64,000 nucleotides of DNA, from positions 89,425 through 153,424 of the forward strand of contig JBCCHT010000031.1 of NCBI GenBank assembly GCA_039028615.1, read 5' to 3'. The position numbers and the translations under genes are program-made. Numbering within the stretch: the stretch's first letter is position 1; every line of letters starts with the position of its first letter. The notes under the pieces are model-generated. The model did not search any database. It was not told the DNA's origin and worked only from the letters and a program-made list of their open reading frames with translations. Positions 59,158-64,000 of the stretch are shown here, one piece after another. This stretch comes from Myxococcota bacterium. Its GTDB lineage: Bacteria > Myxococcota_A > Polyangia > Nannocystales > Nannocystaceae.

Positions 59158-62100
59158 GTGAAGCGCGCTCGCACGCTCCTGTCTTTGCCTCTCTCGCTGT
59201 CTCTCGGTTCCGTCGGGGCCGCTGCCGTCTCGGCCGCCGTCCTGCTCGCGCCGTCCACCGCCGAAGCTGCCTCCAACGGCACGATCAGCGGTGTGGTCAC
59301 CGACCAAAAGACGAAGTCCCGCATTCCCGAAGCACTGGTGATTCTCCAGTGCTCCTGTCTGCAGGGAACTCGCGAGACCCAGACCAACAGCAACGGCCTG
59401 TACGCGTTCCGCGACTTGCCGCCTGGCACCTACACCATCCAGATCCTCACCGGTCAGGCCGACGTCTCCAAGGTTGCGACGTTGCCTTCCGGCGCGAAGT
59501 TCCGAGCGAACTTCACGGTCGACCCCGACAACGAGTTCAAGCGCGTCGTTCGCGTGAAGGCTCAGCCGGTCGAGCAGAAGACCGCCGTCGGTCGGACCGT
59601 GAGCATGGAGGAGTTCCGAAACATCCCGGTGGGCAACTCCACCGGTCGGGACTTCACCCAGGTCGTCGAATCTTCCGCCACCGCTTCACGTGACTCCGCC
59701 GGTATCTCGCTGGCGGGCACCACTGGCGCCGAGTCCAAGTACACGGTCGAAGGCGCCAACGTGAACAACCCGTCCTTCGGTACGGTCGGCGCATCGATCG
59801 TCCAGGAGTTCATCGAGACGGTCGAGGTCCAGGAGTCTGGGTACGACGCCGAGTTCGGTGGCGCCGCGGGTGGTCAGGTCAGCGCTCGTCGTGTGTCGGG
59901 TACCAACACCCTCCGTGGTGTTGCGCGCTTCACCTACACGCCGCGTCTCGCTCGACCGCGCTTCATCCTCGCGACCGACAACGCGATCCGGGCGACGGAG
60001 ACCCCCGACTTCCTCATGCAGGGCGTCGTGGCCGCGAGCGGTCCGATCATCAAGGACAAGTTGTTCTGGTCGGCGGGTATCTCCGCCACCGGTGGTCGGA
60101 ACTCGCTGATTCAGACCTTCCACCACCGCATCGACAAGGACAGCTCGGGCGGTTACGAGGACTGCCCCTACCAAAACGGCGACTTCGACTGTGCCGAGGG
60201 CGGTGACTACATCGCCACCGAGCAGTTCGCCGACCAGCGGTTCCGTACCGGTGGGTTCGGGGCTGGCTACCAGATCGGTCTCGACTGGGCCATCAACCCC
60301 CGGCACCGACTGCGCGGTACCTTCTTCGGTCAGCCGCAGTTCACCCGCCGCACCTACCGTCGTCCGGTCTCGTTCTCGCTCGACCCGAGCGCGTTCGGTA
60401 CCACCCCCAACGCCAACCCGCTGGGTGGTGGCTCGAACACCGCCAACGGTGTCGTCAACGAGCACTTCGGCTGGGACCGCGCGAACTCGTTCTTCGTGAC
60501 CTTGGGCTACCTCGGCCGTGTCGCGGACGACAAGCTCGAGATCGACGCGAACATCTCGTACTCGCAGTTCACCTCCCAGGAGGCGTGGCGGGTCGACAAC
60601 CCCGAGTTCCGCAACACTCCCGGTACTCAGGAGTTCGACACCGAGGGCGAGAACCTCTTCGAGTTCCTCGACCGCGACGGTCGCCTCGACCTGGTGCCCG
60701 GCGTCGCCGAGGCCTGTAACGACTCCGACCTGCCCGGCCTGGCCTGCCCCGTTCGGAGCTGGCTGTCGGGTGGTATCGGTCAGTTCAGTCGCGACGTCTC
60801 GCGTTCGGTGGGTGGCGATCTCGCCCTGACCCACTTCTTCAACGCGGCCGGCTCGCACCAGCTCAAGTACGGCGCGTCGATCAACCACACCGAGCGGCGC
60901 AGCATCTTCACGTACTCGGGCACCAACCGCTCCGACTTCTACGGCAACTGCTCGGCCGCCGGCCTCGGCGGTCAGGCGCCGGACGAGGGCGGCGAGTGGT
61001 GTTACGACCCGACCGCCAACGACTATCAGATCTCGACGGCGAACCGAGTCAACAACCACCGGTTCATCTTCGTCGACACCGACAACCCCGACCTTCGAAC
61101 GTCGGCCGGCTACGGTCGTGTTCGCAAGGAGCAGGGCGAGCTGCGGGCCATCGCCACGCCGCTCGGCGCCGGTGTCCGGGCCGACTCCTACAACGAGCGG
61201 CTGTCCACCCAGAACTACGGGCTCTTCCTCCAGGACAAGTGGGCGATCCTGTCCAACCTGTTCCTGTCGGCGGGCGTTCGCTGGGAAATGCAGGACATGC
61301 GCGACATCCTCGGTGAGCGCGCCATCCTCATCTGGGACAACGTCGCGCCTCGCGTGGGCGTCGTCTACGACTGGACGGACGAGGGCCGTAGCCGCTTGTT
61401 CGCCAGTTACGGCTGGTTCTACCAGACGCTCCCGCTGCAGCTGAACTCGCGCGTCTTCGGTGGTCTGGTCAACGTGACCCGGACCTACCGCAACGCGCAG
61501 TGCCAAGGTCAGCAGGTCACCATCAACGGCGAGACCTTCGCCCGCGAGGAGAACGGCCAGCCCACCGAGTTCTGCACCGACTTCGCGTCGACCACCAGCC
61601 AGCTGACCGAGGGCGCCGTCGTTCCGCGACTGCGCGGTCAGTACAACCAGCAGTTCCAGGTCGGCTACGAGCAGGAGGTCATCGAGGACCTGACCCTCGG
61701 TGTTCGCTGGCTACACACCGACCTGGGTCGCGCGGTCGAGGACGTCTCCACCAACGGCGGCCTCAACTTCATCATCGCCAACCCCGGCGTCGCGGTCGAC
61801 CAAGAGGACATCTCCCGGCAGAACCAGGAGTGCACCGACCTCGACACGCAGCTCCAGGGTCTGGACATGGACGACCCGGACCGCAACCAGATCGCTCGCG
61901 AGCTGCAGCGGTGCCAGTTCCTCGCCGATGCCTTCAGCCGCATCAACGAGATCTTCGACCGGCCGAGCCGGAACTTCGACGCCTTCACCTTCGAGGTGAA
62001 GAAGCGCTTCTCGCGTAACTGGCTGGTCCTGGGTTCCTACACCTTCAGCCGCCTGGTGGGTAACTACGACGGCTTCGTCGACCCCATCAGTGGTGCCATC

Positions 62101-62676
62101 AACCTGGGTTCGAGCGTCCAGTTCGACATTCCCGAGCTGGTGCGAAACAGCTTCGGTCCGCTGTCGTTCAACACGCCGCACCGGGCCAAGGTCGACGGGT
62201 TCTACTCCTTCGACTTGCAGGAGGCGGGCCGCCTGACGCTGGGTACCAGCTTCCGGTTCCAGTCGGGCTATCCCATCTCGCTGCGCGCGGGCAACAACCG
62301 CTACCCCGGCACCTTCCCGACTTACGTCGTGCCGCGTGGCGCGGGTGGTCGGGTCGAGCCCAACTACTCGTGGAACCTCAGCCTCTCGTACGCCTACCCG
62401 CTCCCGGGTGACCTCGAGATCGAGGCTTCGGCTCGCGTCATCAACGTCACCAACTCCAAGGCCATCATTCGCGTCGACGAGGTCTACTCGTTCTCGAACA
62501 CGCGACCGGTCGCGGGCGGTGACCTCAACGACCTCAAGCACACCAAGATCCAGAACGCCGGTAACCCCACCGAGTTCTTCCAGCGCACGGTGCTGCCGCC
62601 CCAGGGCAACTTCGGGGTCGAGTCCTCGTTCCAGACGCCGCTGGCGGCGAGCTTCGAGCTCCAGCTGCGGTTCTAG
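59158..62676 (+). CDS. Oar-like TonB-dependent outer-membrane receptor, Cys-rich (paralog 2)
   Basis: RBS aaggag then GTG 59158; signal peptide; same architecture as 18448-21942 and colinear with it; C-terminal LQLRF. Confidence 0.9.
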   Translation: MKRARTLLSLPLSLSLGSVGAAAVSAAVLLAPSTAEAASNGTISGVVTDQKTKSRIPEALVILQCSCLQGTRETQTNSNGLYAFRDLPPGTYTIQILTGQADVSKVATLPSGAKFRANFTVDPDNEFKRVVRVKAQPVEQKTAVGRTVSMEEFRNIPVGNSTGRDFTQVVESSATASRDSAGISLAGTTGAESKYTVEGANVNNPSFGTVGASIVQEFIETVEVQESGYDAEFGGAAGGQVSARRVSGTNTLRGVARFTYTPRLARPRFILATDNAIRATETPDFLMQGVVAASGPIIKDKLFWSAGISATGGRNSLIQTFHHRIDKDSSGGYEDCPYQNGDFDCAEGGDYIATEQFADQRFRTGGFGAGYQIGLDWAINPRHRLRGTFFGQPQFTRRTYRRPVSFSLDPSAFGTTPNANPLGGGSNTANGVVNEHFGWDRANSFFVTLGYLGRVADDKLEIDANISYSQFTSQEAWRVDNPEFRNTPGTQEFDTEGENLFEFLDRDGRLDLVPGVAEACNDSDLPGLACPVRSWLSGGIGQFSRDVSRSVGGDLALTHFFNAAGSHQLKYGASINHTERRSIFTYSGTNRSDFYGNCSAAGLGGQAPDEGGEWCYDPTANDYQISTANRVNNHRFIFVDTDNPDLRTSAGYGRVRKEQGELRAIATPLGAGVRADSYNERLSTQNYGLFLQDKWAILSNLFLSAGVRWEMQDMRDILGERAILIWDNVAPRVGVVYDWTDEGRSRLFASYGWFYQTLPLQLNSRVFGGLVNVTRTYRNAQCQGQQVTINGETFAREENGQPTEFCTDFASTTSQLTEGAVVPRLRGQYNQQFQVGYEQEVIEDLTLGVRWLHTDLGRAVEDVSTNGGLNFIIANPGVAVDQEDISRQNQECTDLDTQLQGLDMDDPDRNQIARELQRCQFLADAFSRINEIFDRPSRNFDAFTFEVKKRFSRNWLVLGSYTFSRLVGNYDGFVDPISGAINLGSSVQFDIPELVRNSFGPLSFNTPHRAKVDGFYSFDLQEAGRLTLGTSFRFQSGYPISLRAGNNRYPGTFPTYVVPRGAGGRVEPNYSWNLSLSYAYPLPGDLEIEASARVINVTNSKAIIRVDEVYSFSNTRPVAGGDLNDLKHTKIQNAGNPTEFFQRTVLPPQGNFGVESSFQTPLAASFELQLRF

Positions 62677-62699
62677 GCCGAGGCCTTCAACACGGCGCC

Positions 62700-62725
62700 A
62701 AGGGCGGGGCTTCGGCTCCGCCCTT
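62700..62725 (+). terminator. Hairpin with cUUCGg tetraloop after the receptor gene
   Basis: AAGGGCGGGGC-TTCG-GCTCCGCCCTT. Confidence 0.7.
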
Positions 62726-63018
62726 CGTCGTTTCGAACGCCCCGGGATCGGAGCCGATCAACCCGTCCGCGGGGCGAAGGCCTGGCCCGGTCTCGGCCCG
62801 AGCCTTGGCGGCAACGCGCCGCGCTCGTCGCCTCGGGCGTACCGAGTTCGCGTCGCGGGCCCTACGGTCGAGCGACGACGGCGACCGTGCTGTCGCGCGC
62901 CGCGAGCCGGGCGCTCGACGAACCCCCGCGCTTGCGATCCGTCGTGCGGTGGGCCGCGGGCTCGCGACCGACGATGGGGCAGCGGCTGGCTCGGTGCTCC
63001 CGGGTGACCTGGAGGCGC

Positions 63019-64000
63019 TCAGCCGCCGTGCTTTTCGACGTAGGCCGTCGCGGTGGCGTTGGTCGGGTCGCCCTTGAGCACTAGCTTGTAGTAGTCGACC
63101 GCGTTGCGCTTGTTGCCCATGCGGTCTTCGATCTTGGCGGCCAGCATCAACGCTCGCTTGTTGCGGGGCGTGGCCCGGAGCACGCGCTCGACCATGGCGC
63201 GGGCGGACGGCAACCGACTGAGCTTCATGTGACCCTCGGCCATGCACAGGGTGACCTTGGTGTCGCGCGGGTTGGCGTCGAAGGCCTTCTGGAGCATGCC
63301 GAAGCCCTGCTGAGCCTTGCCTGCACGCACGAGCTTGCATCCCTGGGTGGTGAGCTCGGCGGGCGTCATGCGGCCCTTGGGAGGCCCTGATGGCGGCTTT
63401 TTGGGCTTTTTGGGCTTGGCCGCGGGAGTGCTCGGGCTCGCGGGCGGAGTCGTGTCGGCCGGGGCGGGCTTCGGCGGTGTGGGCTCGACTGGGGCGGGAG
63501 CAGGCTCGGGCGCGGGCGCGGGCGCGGGTTCGGGTGCCGGCGGGGCGGCCTCGGTAGGCGCGGCCTTGGTGGGCACGCTGGGTGCCGCTGGTTCGGCTAC
63601 GGCGACCTGCGTCTTCGGGCGAACGCGTTTCAGCAGGCCCGTGGCCAGGGGCGAACCGGGGGCGCGCGCGAGGGCCTGGTCGGCCACCGTGGCGGCGCGC
63701 TCGGTCTCTCCCGTGCGCTCGAGGGCGACGGCGAGCAGCAGCTGCTCGAGCCCCGAGGGCTCAGCCGCACCTTCCAGCGCACTCACGAGCTGTGCGTTCT
63801 CGTCGTCGTTGGGTTCTTCGCCTTCGGCCGGCTTCCACAGCGCTTGCGTGAGCACGGCGTGCTGGAGCTCGCGGTCGCGGAACGAAGGCAGCAGCACCAT
63901 GGGATGCGTGGTCGCGACGTCTTGTCCGCGGGCGAGGGCCAGGCGGGCGTTCGCGGTCGTGCGGGCGCCCGGATCGACATCCTTGCCCATGGTCGCGAGC
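63019..64000 (-). CDS. TPR protein with Pro-rich linker (probably 5'-truncated by the window edge)
   Basis: PAPEPAPAP linker followed by C-terminal TPRs (KAFDANPRD, RVLRATPRN, VLKGDPTN). Confidence 0.75.
   Translation of the reverse strand, partial: LATMGKDVDPGARTTANARLALARGQDVATTHPMVLLPSFRDRELQHAVLTQALWKPAEGEEPNDDENAQLVSALEGAAEPSGLEQLLLAVALERTGETERAATVADQALARAPGSPLATGLLKRVRPKTQVAVAEPAAPSVPTKAAPTEAAPPAPEPAPAPAPEPAPAPVEPTPPKPAPADTTPPASPSTPAAKPKKPKKPPSGPPKGRMTPAELTTQGCKLVRAGKAQQGFGMLQKAFDANPRDTKVTLCMAEGHMKLSRLPSARAMVERVLRATPRNKRALMLAAKIEDRMGNKRNAVDYYKLVLKGDPTNATATAYVEKHGG

Noticed and set aside
62726..63018. GC-rich 290-bp gap between convergent genes as ncRNA or small ORF
   Set aside because: No recognisable motif, repeat partner or coding signal.

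Overview
GC-rich chromosomal window whose gene content suggests a myxobacterium, probably Nannocystaceae-like; this is inferred from the TPR Ser/Thr kinase with an ECF sigma factor, the Oar-like TonB receptors and the lipoproteins with D/T/G-rich linkers. From left to right: (1) an accessory block with a large CxxCH lipoprotein running off the left edge, an ECF sigma factor, a Ser/Thr kinase-TPR, two tandem paralogs with a beta-trefoil-like C-terminus, and an S41 peptidase; (2) an argC-argJ-argR operon with ARG-box-like palindromes, where ArgJ carries a degenerate acetylglutamate-kinase-like domain; (3) tRNA-Gly(GCC); (4) three DsbA-family genes plus a TlpA-type thioredoxin, then a Cys-rich Oar-like TonB-dependent receptor; (5) a small HTH/VOC/NTF2 islet and a ~230-bp long inverted repeat pair; (6) a YyaL-type protein, a C-N hydrolase and a YheT-like hydrolase; (7) a respiratory supercluster: 10-Cys protein, heme o synthase, SCO, cytochrome c, alternative complex III actABCDEF(G), a second SCO and an A2-type caa3-like oxidase; (8) moaA followed by a System I*-type ccm operon (Cys-type CcmE, no ccmG/ccmH, unexplained accessory genes); (9) acyl-CoA dehydrogenase, murI, a TPR protein, a second paralogous Cys-rich Oar-like receptor and a partial TPR protein. 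No transposase, integrase, reverse transcriptase or CRISPR array was seen. All calls come from motif reading only; no database searches were run, and several start codons are best guesses.
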